This document shows positions 28,151-38,510 of a stretch of 57,965 bases of DNA, one piece after another; position 1 is the first letter of the stretch, and the number at the start of each line of letters is the position of its first letter. This DNA comes from Oscillospiraceae bacterium. Lineage in GTDB: Bacteria; Bacillota; Clostridia; Oscillospirales; Acutalibacteraceae. A program made the translations under genes and the position numbers. The notes under the pieces are model-generated. The model was not told the origin of the DNA, searched no databases, and worked only from the letters and a program-made list of their open reading frames with translations. The stretch spans positions 1 through 57,965 of the forward strand of contig CADAMY010000001.1 of the NCBI GenBank assembly GCA_902789095.1, read 5' to 3'.

Positions 28151-29797
28151 TCAACCGAATATTTTTTTGTACCAAGGTACTTTTTCTTCTTCGACTATTT
28201 CACTTTCGGGAACTGTATCTTCAAAGCCCTTTGAAATACTCGGAGTCATATAAATAAATGCAACGTTAGTGCTTGCAGACGAAGAAGCATCGGTAAATAT
28301 TTTATATCCTTTGCCTACTTCAAGCCATGCTTCGCTGAGCGCTACAAACTCATCTGTATCGTCAACAACAATACCGTAATCCGCAAGATTAAGGTCAGAA
28401 TTTGCGAGTATTCTTGAAATATTGGTGATCGCGTCAACATTTTTGTCAGACATCATTGAGCCGAGGGAATTGATAAGTCCTCTGTTCTTTTCGATTTCGC
28501 TCTGAAGCTCGTTGATGGTCTTTACCGTTTCGTCAAGATTGTCAAGCGATCTCTGAATTTCCGGATCATTCATAAGCGCTGAGAGCTGATTTATAACAGG
28601 CTGAGCTTTCTGCAGATCGTCGGCTATTTCACCGATATTCATAAGACTCTTCAAAAATTCGGAATTTGTAACAGTTGCTATTGAATTTTTAAGACGGTCA
28701 TCATTAAGATCGTCAAGCAGCTTTTTAAGGGTATTGATGTTCTCAGTCGTAAGAGTTGTTGTAAGAGCGTTCAGAAGCTTCTGATTGCTGTCGTATACTT
28801 TAACAGCGTTATTTATAACGCCCGAAAGCTCGTTGATGTTTGCACTGTTTGATGTAAGCGTATTCATCATCTGATTGATATCGATGCTGTTGAGCGTATT
28901 CATAAGGCTTTTAAGAACCTTGAGTGCGCTCTGAAGACTATCGACCTGACCGGAAGCGTCAAAGTCAAAGTCAAGAGATGCTATCGGAATAGCGGCAAAA
29001 TAGATGTTTTCCATTTCAAATGATGACGTTTTTGTTGTAACGCTGGCTGTATTGGTAAGTTCAATATTGCCGAAGCCCTTAAGATCGTTTGATGAAATAT
29101 TAAGACTTTCACTAACACCGGGAAGACTGTGAATCATAACAAGTTCGTTTGTACCGTCGCCGATAGCGCGTCCGTTTTTGACCTTGACAGCCGAAAAAGT
29201 TTTTTCAGGCAGAACAAGACCGCCAAGCATAAGAACCGGAAGATACATCTTCTTTGTCTGACCGCTGACCTTTACAGCTTTTGAATAATTGTTTTTGAAA
29301 GTAAATTCAATCCTTACTTCTCCTGCCTGACCTGCAATGTCCTCTGCAGACATTTCAGCGCCGTTGAGGAAATATCTTATTCCGATTTCAACAGGAAGCT
29401 TTTTATTGGTAGGAGCCGTATAATAAAGATCGGTGGAATCCAGATTCCAAAGAATTTCTTTATTGTCATTCTGATTCGATATAGGCATAGAGTCGCCTTT
29501 TACGTTCTGGATTTTATCAAGTTCAAGATCAGTTCTGTCATATACTCTGACGTTGGGCACATCGGTATGAAGCCAGTCTGTAACGGTTTCCTGAGTTACT
29601 TGACCTTTACTGTTTAAGTTAACATAAACTGTTTCGGTTTTAGTAACGTTTTCTGCGGTTTTATCGTATAAAACAGTCTGTCCGTTATCCTTTACGGGCT
29701 CCTCTGTTTCTTTCTGAGCGCAACCGGCAAATCCTGCGGCAAGGCTCAGACAAAGGCATAAAGAAACAGCAGACTTAGCGATTTTAGAAGCTTTCAT
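28151..29797 (-). other. Possible internal translation start of a lipoprotein within the MMPL ORF
   Basis: AAGGGGAG SD 8 nt upstream of an in-frame ATG at 29797, followed by MKASKIAKSAVSLCLCLSLAAGFAGC (lipobox LAAGFAGC). Confidence 0.4.
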
Positions 29798-31948
29798 TTT
29801 TTTATCTCCCCTTTTTTTATCAGAAGGCTTTCTCCATCCGATCGATGTTTTGTTGATTACTCCTTCAAAGCACAAAAGAACAGGTGTAAGGAAGCAGATT
29901 ATTACTACTGCGCTGATTATAGCGCCTCTTGCAAGCAGTACGCACATTCCTTTTACAAGCTCGAGACTGCACACAAATATTACTCCCAGTGTTGACAGGC
30001 AGAAAATCAATGCGCTTTGGAAAATGGATTTACTTGCGGCTTTTGCGGCTATCGACATAGCTTCATGCTTTTCATGACCGCGCTGCAGCTCTTCCTTGAA
30101 TCTGCAGGAAAGAAGTATTGCGTAGTCAACAGTTGCTCCGAGCTGAACACAGCTTATAACGATCGGCGAAATAAAGCATATCTCGGTGCCCATAATTGTT
30201 GAAAGAGAAATGTTTATGAAAATTGCAAGCTCGATTGAAGCAACGAGCAGAAGCGGCAGGAAACCCGACTGCAAAACAAAAGCGATCAGAATAAAAATAG
30301 CGGAAATACTGACAATGCTTGTCCTCTGGAAATCGGCGTTTGCTATATCGACAAGTTCGTCATAAAGTATATTTTCGCCCGAAATACAGCCCTTCGGATC
30401 ATAGGATTTAATAATTGTATTAAGTTCGGTTTTTTGTTTGGTGAGCAGATTTTCCCCTTCGGAATTTCTCGAGCCGAGATCATATTCCGACATCAGCGCC
30501 ATAAGTCTGTATCCGCCTTTTTCGCATATGCTTTTTATCGAATCCGGCAGTATGTTTTCGCTTATTCCTGCGCCGACAAATTTATTGAGCGCGATAACGT
30601 TTGTAACACCGCCGACGTTTTCAAATTCACCGATCATAGATGAAACTTCGCCGGAAGGAATCGAATCACTGACAATTACAAAGTGGATCGACGCCATATT
30701 GAATTTTTCCTGCATTTTAACAGTTGCAATTCTCGAATCGCAGTCGTCAGGCATCTTTCCGTTGAGGTCAGTATAAGTTGAAACGTTTGCCTGAAGAATA
30801 TACATCGGAATAAACAGCAGGAAGAATATCGCTGTCATAACCTTTTTATGTTTAATTACAAAATCAACTAATTTGTCAAATTTCGGAACAAATCGTTTAT
30901 GTTCATGAGCAAAAATCACTTTATAGAATTTCAAAAGAAACGCCGGCATAATTATCAGAACGGAAGCCAGACCGAAAATAATACCTTTTGCCATTATCAG
31001 TCCCATTTCAAGACCTAAAGTAAGGCTCATGAAGCAAAGTGAAATAAACCCGAAAAACGTTGTTGATGCTCCGCCTATAAGTGAATTGAACGAATAGGCG
31101 ATACTTTTTGCCATTGCTTTTCTGACGTTTGAGGTCTTTGTGCATTCCTCTTCAAATCTGTCAAGCAAAATGATCGAGTAATCAATCGTTACCGCAAGCT
31201 GAAGAATGGCGGCGATACTCTGCGTAAGATATGAAATATCGCCAAAGAAGAAATTGGTTCCCATATTATAAATTACCGCGCATCCAAGCGTTAAAAGAAC
31301 AACTCCGGGAATGAGCCACTGCTTCGTCGCAAGTGTCAGAACAAGATAAGCAAGTCCTATCGCAACGGCAATATAAATATACATTTCCTGATTGATAAGC
31401 GCTTTAGTATCGCTCATAACTGCAGAAAGACCGAAAACAAAACAATGCTCTTTATCAAGAACTTCTTTAACGGCGTTGACTTTAGCAATGGAATCGTAAG
31501 TTCCGCCGTCGTCATGGTCGTACTGTATGAGCATAAGAGTAGCTTTTTCATCGGCGGAATAAAGCATCTCTTTTACAGCGTCGGGATACATCGACTGAGG
31601 TATGCTGATATCCGCAACAGAGCCCGCCCAGATACATTGCTCAACGCCCTCAACGTCAAGAATCTTATCCCGCAGTCTGTTGATCTGCTTAGGGCTTAAA
31701 TCCTCAATAACAACGAATGAAGTTGATGAAGCGTCAAAAACGTTGTCAATAACTTCATTGAGTCCGAAAATTGCGTTAGTTTCGTTAATATCGGCGCTCG
31801 CTTCTTTCTGTTCCGGCAAAAGCGACAGAATATCGTAATTAACTCCGGTACAGAAATAACCCACTGCGCTCGGAATTACAAGAGCAGCAGCAATTATAAG
31901 TATTAAAGAAGGATGCTTAACAACCCATTTTGATAATTTTTTTATCAT
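28151..31948 (-). CDS. MMPL/RND-superfamily transporter fused in frame to a lipoprotein-like coiled-coil domain
   Basis: Start set to the ATG at 31948 (GAGGTGG RBS). Two 6-TM bundles with MMPL-type motifs (AILQLAVTIDYSIILL; VQLGATVDYAILL). From residue ~718 of this model, counted from 31948 (726 of the 1273-aa track ORF that starts at 31972), a complete lipoprotein signal appears, followed by ~520 aa with heptad-like L/N/S repeats. Confidence 0.8.
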   Translation of the reverse strand: MIKKLSKWVVKHPSLILIIAAALVIPSAVGYFCTGVNYDILSLLPEQKEASADINETNAIFGLNEVIDNVFDASSTSFVVIEDLSPKQINRLRDKILDVEGVEQCIWAGSVADISIPQSMYPDAVKEMLYSADEKATLMLIQYDHDDGGTYDSIAKVNAVKEVLDKEHCFVFGLSAVMSDTKALINQEMYIYIAVAIGLAYLVLTLATKQWLIPGVVLLTLGCAVIYNMGTNFFFGDISYLTQSIAAILQLAVTIDYSIILLDRFEEECTKTSNVRKAMAKSIAYSFNSLIGGASTTFFGFISLCFMSLTLGLEMGLIMAKGIIFGLASVLIIMPAFLLKFYKVIFAHEHKRFVPKFDKLVDFVIKHKKVMTAIFFLLFIPMYILQANVSTYTDLNGKMPDDCDSRIATVKMQEKFNMASIHFVIVSDSIPSGEVSSMIGEFENVGGVTNVIALNKFVGAGISENILPDSIKSICEKGGYRLMALMSEYDLGSRNSEGENLLTKQKTELNTIIKSYDPKGCISGENILYDELVDIANADFQRTSIVSISAIFILIAFVLQSGFLPLLLVASIELAIFINISLSTIMGTEICFISPIVISCVQLGATVDYAILLSCRFKEELQRGHEKHEAMSIAAKAASKSIFQSALIFCLSTLGVIFVCSLELVKGMCVLLARGAIISAVVIICFLTPVLLCFEGVINKTSIGWRKPSDKKRGDKKMKASKIAKSAVSLCLCLSLAAGFAGCAQKETEEPVKDNGQTVLYDKTAENVTKTETVYVNLNSKGQVTQETVTDWLHTDVPNVRVYDRTDLELDKIQNVKGDSMPISNQNDNKEILWNLDSTDLYYTAPTNKKLPVEIGIRYFLNGAEMSAEDIAGQAGEVRIEFTFKNNYSKAVKVSGQTKKMYLPVLMLGGLVLPEKTFSAVKVKNGRAIGDGTNELVMIHSLPGVSESLNISSNDLKGFGNIELTNTASVTTKTSSFEMENIYFAAIPIASLDFDFDASGQVDSLQSALKVLKSLMNTLNSIDINQMMNTLTSNSANINELSGVINNAVKVYDSNQKLLNALTTTLTTENINTLKKLLDDLNDDRLKNSIATVTNSEFLKSLMNIGEIADDLQKAQPVINQLSALMNDPEIQRSLDNLDETVKTINELQSEIEKNRGLINSLGSMMSDKNVDAITNISRILANSDLNLADYGIVVDDTDEFVALSEAWLEVGKGYKIFTDASSSASTNVAFIYMTPSISKGFEDTVPESEIVEEEKVPWYKKIFG

Positions 31949-32018
31949 AGTCCACCTCATAAGTATGATCAACGCTTATTATATCATAAACTGATATAAA
32001 AGTAAATCGAAATAATTA

Positions 32019-32468
32019 TTAAGATTTACTGAAAATTCTGTTAATTACGGCAATTAAAAATCCGAAAAGAATTATTCCGAAAAATATACCGCAAAAATCA
32101 ATATATACATCATAAATTCTGCAGGCGCGTTCCGGAACGAAAAACTGATGGATTTCATCGCTTACACTGTAAACGAATGAAAAATAACCGCCGGCAATCC
32201 CGGCTGATCTTATTCCGGAAAACGTAAATCCGCTTGTGAAACAAAACCCGAGTGCGCAGTATTCGGTGAAATGCGCAAACTTGCGGAACATATTGTGTGA
32301 AATAAAATCAAAGCCGGTCAGTCTTAAAAATAATTCGTAAAATCCTGTGCTTCTCGCTGCTGATTCCTCACCGCTCTGATAAGACAGCAGAAAAATCATA
32401 ATCATAATAAAGACACAGAAAATAAAAGAAACTATGCTCAGCGGCAGATTCTTTTTTGTTTTCATCAT
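32019..32468 (-). CDS. VanZ family membrane protein
   Basis: 4 TM, ~149 aa. KFAHFTEYCALGF motif. Confidence 0.7.
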   Translation of the reverse strand: MMKTKKNLPLSIVSFIFCVFIMIMIFLLSYQSGEESAARSTGFYELFLRLTGFDFISHNMFRKFAHFTEYCALGFCFTSGFTFSGIRSAGIAGGYFSFVYSVSDEIHQFFVPERACRIYDVYIDFCGIFFGIILFGFLIAVINRIFSKS

Positions 32469-34093
32469 TTGATTCCTCTCAGAGTAAAATCAATAACTCT
32501 GTTGTTTTCACTGCAGAAAACGCCTTCAAGCTCATTCAGATAGCCGAAGCTCGTTTTTGCTTTGTATACAGGATAAAAAACACCGTTTGAAATAAGAGTA
32601 TTTTCAGCTTCGATCATTTTTTTATAATAAGAATCGCCTGAAGCATTTTTTACGCAGTAATCAATGATATCCTGATAATCTTTATCAGAGTAGCTCCAGA
32701 TGTTTCTGTCGTTTTCTTCACAGAAATACTTTAAGAAAACCAGAGGATCAGAGCTGTCAGCTTCAATGAAGTTAAAAGCGATCTGATAAGATTTATCGGA
32801 AAGCGTTTTATCAAGATCTTCCTTTGATACTGCTGATGCGCTGACACTCATTGAAAGACCGAATATCTTTTCCCAGTTCTGCAGAATTCTGATCACATCG
32901 GTACGGTACTCTTCAGGGCATACAACGCTCAAAGAAATATTGACGCTGTCAAGTTCTTCAAGCGCTTTTTCATAGTATTCAACAGCTTTATTTTTATCAG
33001 GCTTCGGGACAATAGCAGTTCCGGCCGTTTCTCTGAATGATTTATCGCCGAATCTGCAGGAATCGGGAATTATACCTCCGGCAATATTATTTTCTGATGT
33101 GCCAAGAACACTCAGATCTGTTGCCGTTACAAGAGCTTTTCTTAAATTATCATTAGAAATCAGCGGATCGGCGCAGTTAAAAGAGAACCCGTAGGTGCGG
33201 TTATAAATATCAAAGAATGAACTTTCTTTATTATTTTCAACTTTTGACAGTCCGGAATCTGTCAAAGATACAACATTATAATCGCCCTGCCTGAATTTTG
33301 ATAGATACAGATCCTCGTCAGTATTTATATAAAGGTAAATCGCATTTGTTTTTACGGCAGCGTCCCCTTTATATACTTCGCTTTTAAAAAGGGTCAGCGA
33401 GCTGTCGGAAGCCCATTTGCCGATGTAGAACGGACCGTTGAATAAAGTATATTTCAGTTCAAGACCGTATTTTGCTTTTGTCGCTTCAAAAAATTCACGG
33501 CAGCACGGCATACACATTGGCATAGTAAGTATTCTTAAAAAGTCATCGTTTTTTCTGTTTAGAGTGATTTTAATTGTATAATCGTCAACTGCCTGGACTC
33601 CCAGTTTCTTTTCATTAAGCTGCCCGGCATTCAGCTTTTCGGCTCCGTTAATACAGTAAAGAAGATATGCGTATTCAGCTTTTGTTTCAGCTCTGAGTGC
33701 GCGGGTTATTCCGAATACAAAATCGTCTGCTTTGACTCTGTTGTCAAAAGTTTCAAGGCAGTCCTCACCGAGAAAAACCTTATGCGCTTTGAGCATCTGC
33801 CATTTTGCGTCCTGCCTTAAATTAAAAGTATATGTCATTCCGTCATCGGAAACGCTCCAGCTTTCTGCTGCTCCCGGCTGAATCTTTCCGTCGCCGTCAA
33901 GCCTTACCAGGCCTTCCATACAGTTTTTAGCAACAATTAAGGCAGTGTCGTTTTCCGCGATCTGCGGGTCAACGCATTCGGGGTCAGCGGAAATCGGATA
34001 TATTATATTCAATTCTTCATCGTGTGAACACGCTGAAAATGTAAGCGCGGCAATCACAACGCATAACAGAATACTAACTATTTTTTTGATCAT
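32465..34093 (-). CDS. ABC transporter substrate-binding lipoprotein, family 5 (peptide/nickel type), orphan
   Basis: Lipobox LTFSAC. SBP_bac_5-like length and layout. No permease or ATPase genes adjacent. Confidence 0.75.
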   Translation of the reverse strand: MIKKIVSILLCVVIAALTFSACSHDEELNIIYPISADPECVDPQIAENDTALIVAKNCMEGLVRLDGDGKIQPGAAESWSVSDDGMTYTFNLRQDAKWQMLKAHKVFLGEDCLETFDNRVKADDFVFGITRALRAETKAEYAYLLYCINGAEKLNAGQLNEKKLGVQAVDDYTIKITLNRKNDDFLRILTMPMCMPCCREFFEATKAKYGLELKYTLFNGPFYIGKWASDSSLTLFKSEVYKGDAAVKTNAIYLYINTDEDLYLSKFRQGDYNVVSLTDSGLSKVENNKESSFFDIYNRTYGFSFNCADPLISNDNLRKALVTATDLSVLGTSENNIAGGIIPDSCRFGDKSFRETAGTAIVPKPDKNKAVEYYEKALEELDSVNISLSVVCPEEYRTDVIRILQNWEKIFGLSMSVSASAVSKEDLDKTLSDKSYQIAFNFIEADSSDPLVFLKYFCEENDRNIWSYSDKDYQDIIDYCVKNASGDSYYKKMIEAENTLISNGVFYPVYKAKTSFGYLNELEGVFCSENNRVIDFTLRGIK

Positions 34094-34231
34094 ATAATTA
34101 CCCTCAGTATATTATTTCATTTATTATAGCAAATATTTACAAAAAAATCTACACAAATTTTAATGATAAATATATACAAATTATATTAAAAATATGTTAT
34201 AATCAATTTATGATTATGTGGAGGACTGTAA

Positions 34232-35557
34232 ATGGACATCGGAATTTATATCATCGGTATAATTTTAATTGTTTTATCAATAATTATAATTATTTTGCTG
34301 ATAAAATCAAAGAACAATTCAAACGACGAAAAACTCACTGAAATAAAGCTTCAGAACTCAATTCTTTCTGAAAACATCAGCTCGGAATTTGAAATCAGCA
34401 GAAGAGACAACGCTTCCGTTCAGCATCGCATAAGCGATGAGCTTAATAAGAATTATATCAACACTGCCGAACAGCTTTCAAAAATGAAAAGCTCAAATTA
34501 CGAAAACATTATAAAGCTTAACGAAAGCATCTCTTCTTCTCTTTCAAAAATCAATGAAACTAACGTTATTCAGAATGAGAAACAGACCGAGAAAATCGAA
34601 CAGGCAATTTCAAGAATGCAGGAAAGCAACGAGAAAAAGCTTGAACAGATGAGAGCGACGGTTGATGAAAAGCTCAATGAAACGCTCAACACAAGACTTG
34701 ATTCTTCATTTAAAACTGTTTCTCAGCAGCTTGAAAACGTATATAAATCTCTTGGTGAAATGAAAGAGCTTTCAACCGGCGTTACAAATAACGTAACTAC
34801 ATTAAACCGAGTTCTGACAAACGTCAAGGCAAGAGGAACATGGGCGGAAGTTCAGCTTGAAGGAATACTGAATCAGACGATTCCTAATATGTTCGTCAAA
34901 AATTTTGCGCCGAATCCTTCTTCTAACACAAGAGTTGAATTTGCCGTTAAGATTTACAGCGGCAGCGGCCAGACGGAATCTTATCTGCCAATAGATTCAA
35001 AATTCCCGATGGAAGATTATGTAAGGCTCTGCGATGCGGCTGATACGGCAGACGCGGACCTGCTCAAATCCGCCAGAAAAGCGCTGGAAGACAGGATAAT
35101 AGCCGAAGCTAAAGATATCAGCAAATACATAAATATTCCCGTAACAACACCTTTTGCAATCATGTACCTTGCTACTGAAGGACTTTATGCCGAAATAGCG
35201 TCTTCAAGGACAGGAGTTGCTGAAAAAATACAGTCGGATTACAACGTAATGATAGCCGGTCCCACAACTATAACGGCGCTGCTGAACTCTCTTGCGCTCG
35301 GGTTTAAGGCAGTTGCCATCAATGAAAAAGCAAATGAAGTGCGGGAGCTGCTCGCTGTAACAAAAGCGCAGTATGATAAATTCGGCGTCGTACTTGAAAA
35401 AGCCGGCAAAAAGATCGAAGAAGCAGGCAGAACCATTGAAGACGCTCGAAAAAGAAACAGCATTATACGCAAAAAACTTAAAAATATTGATGAAATAAAC
35501 GCACCGGAATCAGACTCGTATTTAGGTCTTGAAGAGGGCGAAACGGAGGAAATATAA
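34232..35557 (+). CDS. rmuC: DNA recombination protein RmuC
   Basis: N-terminal TM, long coiled coil, RmuC nuclease-like domain (PIDSKFPMEDY). Confidence 0.85.
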   Translation: MDIGIYIIGIILIVLSIIIIILLIKSKNNSNDEKLTEIKLQNSILSENISSEFEISRRDNASVQHRISDELNKNYINTAEQLSKMKSSNYENIIKLNESISSSLSKINETNVIQNEKQTEKIEQAISRMQESNEKKLEQMRATVDEKLNETLNTRLDSSFKTVSQQLENVYKSLGEMKELSTGVTNNVTTLNRVLTNVKARGTWAEVQLEGILNQTIPNMFVKNFAPNPSSNTRVEFAVKIYSGSGQTESYLPIDSKFPMEDYVRLCDAADTADADLLKSARKALEDRIIAEAKDISKYINIPVTTPFAIMYLATEGLYAEIASSRTGVAEKIQSDYNVMIAGPTTITALLNSLALGFKAVAINEKANEVRELLAVTKAQYDKFGVVLEKAGKKIEEAGRTIEDARKRNSIIRKKLKNIDEINAPESDSYLGLEEGETEEI

Positions 35558-37989
35558 TGAAACATGCTGAACTCATTTCAAAGATGACACTTGAAGAAAA
35601 AGCAAAGCTTTGTTCAGGCGAAGATTTCTGGCATCTGAAATCAGTTAAGAGATTAGGCCTTGATCCGATAATGGTCTGCGACGGACCTCACGGACTTCGC
35701 AAACAGAACGCCGAAAACGAAAAAATCGGAATCGGAAACAGCTATCCCGCAACCTGTTTTCCGACTGCAGTCACTACCGCCTGCTCGTGGGACAGAGAAC
35801 TTATTAAAAAGATGGGCGAAACGCTCGCCGAAGAATGTATCCAGGAAGGAGTATCCGTTCTTTTAGGTCCAGGCGTAAATATGAAGCGTTCCCCTCTGTG
35901 CGGCAGAAATTTTGAATACTTTTCTGAAGATCCTTATCTTGCAGGAGAAATGGCGGCATCGTTCATAAACGGCGTTCAATCAAAAGGCATAGGTACTTCG
36001 CTTAAGCATTTTGCCGTTAACTCGCAGGAAACAAACAGAATGACCGGCAACAGCATCGTTGATGAGAGAGCGCTTCGTGAAATATACCTTGCAGCTTTTG
36101 AAAGAGCCGTAAAAAAAGGTCAGCCCGCTACCGTTATGAGCGCGTATAATAAGCTAAACGGCACTTACTGCTCAGAAAACGAAACGCTGCTTACCTCGAT
36201 TTTAAGAGACGAATGGGGTTTTGAAGGCGCAGTAGTAAGCGACTGGGGCGCAATCAATGACAGAGTACAGGGTCTTATCGCAGGCAACGATTTAGAGATG
36301 CCCGGTTCCGGCGGATTTAACGATAAAAAAATAATAGACGCTGTTAAAAACGGATATCTTGATGAATCGCTGCTTGATAAATCTGTTGACAGAATCATTG
36401 AAATTATTCTTAAAGCAGCTAAAATCAATAAAAAACCTTATTTTGTTGAAGAACATCACGAGCTTGCAAAAAAAGTTGCGGAATCTTCGATCGTACTGCT
36501 TAAAAATCATGATAATATTCTTCCTCTTACCGATAAGAATATGAAAATTGCCGTTATCGGTGAAATGGCAAAGGATCCGAGATATCAAGGCGCAGGCAGT
36601 TCGCTTGTTAATCCTACTAAATTGACCAACGCTTTTGACTGTCTTGAAAACCTCGGATATAATATCAGATATTCAAAAGGCTACGATAAAGTTTCAAATC
36701 CGAAGCAGGAAAACAATCTTATCGAAAATGCAGTTGAAACCGCTAAAGATGCCGACGTTGTTCTGCTTTTCATCGGCCTTACGGAGGAGTATGAGTCGGA
36801 AGGATTCGACAGAAAGAACATGAAAATTCCCGCCGTTCATTCCGCTCTTGTTGAAGATATTTACGCTGTAAATAAAAATATCGTCGTTATTCTTTCAGGC
36901 GGCTCCCCTGTTGAAATCCCGTGGTATCCGAGAGTTAAAGGAATTGTAAATACTTATCTTGCAGGTCAGGCAGGAGCCGAAGCGCTGACTGAGATTCTCA
37001 CGGGTAAAGTCAATCCCAGCGGCAAACTCGCAGAAACGTATCCGAGAAAGCTCAGAGATAATCCTACTTATAAAAATTACGCAATTGCTTCCGAAAAAGA
37101 CTGCCTGTATAAAGAGAGCATTTTCATCGGATACAGATATTATGATAAAACAAATAAAAAAGTCAGATTCCCCTTCGGATTCGGCTTGTCGTATACTGAT
37201 TTTGAATATTCAAAAATCAAAGTAAACAAAAAATCTTTTTCAAAAGATGATGAAGTAAAGGTTACGTTTACCGTTAAAAATACCGGTTCTTTTGCCGGAG
37301 CAGAGACGGCTCAGCTTTACGTTGCAAAAGAAGAATCAGCAATTTTCAGAGCGCCGAAGGAATTAAAAGGCTTTGAAAAAATCTATCTTGAACCTAATGA
37401 AAAGAAAACAGTTACAATTACTTTAAATAACAGGGATTTCTCTTTCTATAATACTGCAGTTTCTGACTGGTGCGTTGAAAACGGCGAATATAAAATCCTT
37501 GTCGGCTCCTCTTCTGCCGATATCCAGCTTACGGCAAAAGTTACCGCAGAAAAATTTGATAATTCCGTAATGCCTGATTATTCCGGACTTGATTCTTATT
37601 TTTCTGATAAACTGTCAGATATTTCAGACGAAGAGTTTGAAAAGCTTTATGGCGCTACCCTGCCTTTGAGTGAAACAAAAGAAAAGAGCGATCTTAATAC
37701 TACGCTGTTTGATAAATCAGATAAAGGCATCGCAAAAGTTGTTTGCAAAGCTGTTGACAAGATAACCGAAAACAGCAAAGACGTAAACGCCGGAATGATC
37801 GCAAACGCCATTGTTCAGACTCCGATACGCAATTTCATAACCATGAGCAACGGACTTTTTTCCGAAGAAATGGCTGAAGGTCTTATAAATATACTTGACG
37901 GCGACGATGCCCTTAAAGGAGCCGGCAAAATCGCAAAAGGCGTTCCGAATGCATTGCTCAATCTTAAAAAACTTTTAAAGTCAATATAA
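35557..37989 (+). CDS. Glycoside hydrolase family 3 beta-glucosidase
   Basis: GFEGAVVSDWGA nucleophile region, GH3 C-terminal domain and Fn3-like domain. ATGA overlap with rmuC. Confidence 0.9.
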   Translation: MKHAELISKMTLEEKAKLCSGEDFWHLKSVKRLGLDPIMVCDGPHGLRKQNAENEKIGIGNSYPATCFPTAVTTACSWDRELIKKMGETLAEECIQEGVSVLLGPGVNMKRSPLCGRNFEYFSEDPYLAGEMAASFINGVQSKGIGTSLKHFAVNSQETNRMTGNSIVDERALREIYLAAFERAVKKGQPATVMSAYNKLNGTYCSENETLLTSILRDEWGFEGAVVSDWGAINDRVQGLIAGNDLEMPGSGGFNDKKIIDAVKNGYLDESLLDKSVDRIIEIILKAAKINKKPYFVEEHHELAKKVAESSIVLLKNHDNILPLTDKNMKIAVIGEMAKDPRYQGAGSSLVNPTKLTNAFDCLENLGYNIRYSKGYDKVSNPKQENNLIENAVETAKDADVVLLFIGLTEEYESEGFDRKNMKIPAVHSALVEDIYAVNKNIVVILSGGSPVEIPWYPRVKGIVNTYLAGQAGAEALTEILTGKVNPSGKLAETYPRKLRDNPTYKNYAIASEKDCLYKESIFIGYRYYDKTNKKVRFPFGFGLSYTDFEYSKIKVNKKSFSKDDEVKVTFTVKNTGSFAGAETAQLYVAKEESAIFRAPKELKGFEKIYLEPNEKKTVTITLNNRDFSFYNTAVSDWCVENGEYKILVGSSSADIQLTAKVTAEKFDNSVMPDYSGLDSYFSDKLSDISDEEFEKLYGATLPLSETKEKSDLNTTLFDKSDKGIAKVVCKAVDKITENSKDVNAGMIANAIVQTPIRNFITMSNGLFSEEMAEGLINILDGDDALKGAGKIAKGVPNALLNLKKLLKSI

Positions 37990-38036
37990 ACAAACAAAAG
38001 GTTTTGAAAGTAAGCAGTAATTAATAAAGTGATAAT

Positions 38037-38165
38037 ATGACATATGTAATATCTGACCTGCACGCTTAGCCGATCAAAAGAATTAAAATCCTGCTGGATA
38101 AAGCGGGTTTCGGCAATGAACCCGTTCTCTTGCGACTCGACGATTATAAACAATTCAAATTATAA
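38037..38165 (+). pseudogene. Remnant of a metallophosphoesterase (Ser/Thr phosphatase-type) gene
   Basis: Reads MTYVISDLHA-TAG-PIKRIKILLDKAGFGNEPVLLRLDDYKQFKL-stop. The N-terminal DxH motif and the ..LLDKAGF.. spacing match calcineurin-like phosphoesterases. There is an in-frame stop at 38067, the GD motif is degraded, and the remnant stops after 42 codons. Confidence 0.5.
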
Positions 38166-38184
38166 CAGATACACACGAAGCTTA

Positions 38185-38237
38185 AATGCACCCCTGCCAG
38201 ACAATGCGGAATAAAGTCTGACAGGTGTGCATTTTTC
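38185..38237 (+). terminator. Long imperfect hairpin with T-run
   Basis: 18-bp arms AATGCACCCCTGCCAGAC / GTCTGACAGGTGTGCATT with 2 mismatches, followed by T5. Confidence 0.5.
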
Positions 38238-38451
38238 ATTCCAAAAGGAATGATGAGTACGACACTATTTTTCAAGCTTTGGCAGAACACTTAAAAAGAG
38301 TAACGAGTACAAATCAACCCATATGTGTGTTCCGCTACCTTATTATAATAAAAAAACAATTAATTATTGTAAAATAATAATATAATAACATATTAAAATC
38401 AGGATAATTGTTGTATTTTTAACAAACTTTTTTACTTCTTCTCGCTTATTG

Positions 38452-38480
38452 TTGCATTTTCAATATTTATGTGATATAAT
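38452..38480 (+). promoter_or_regulatory. Strong sigma-A-type promoter of the ligase/C-domain/carrier operon
   Basis: TTGCAT, 17-nt spacer, TATAAT with an extended TG (TGATATAAT). The RBS AAGGTG and ATG at 38511 follow. Confidence 0.6.
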
Positions 38481-38510
38481 AGAAAAGATAAAATTATTAT
38501 AAGGTGTTTT

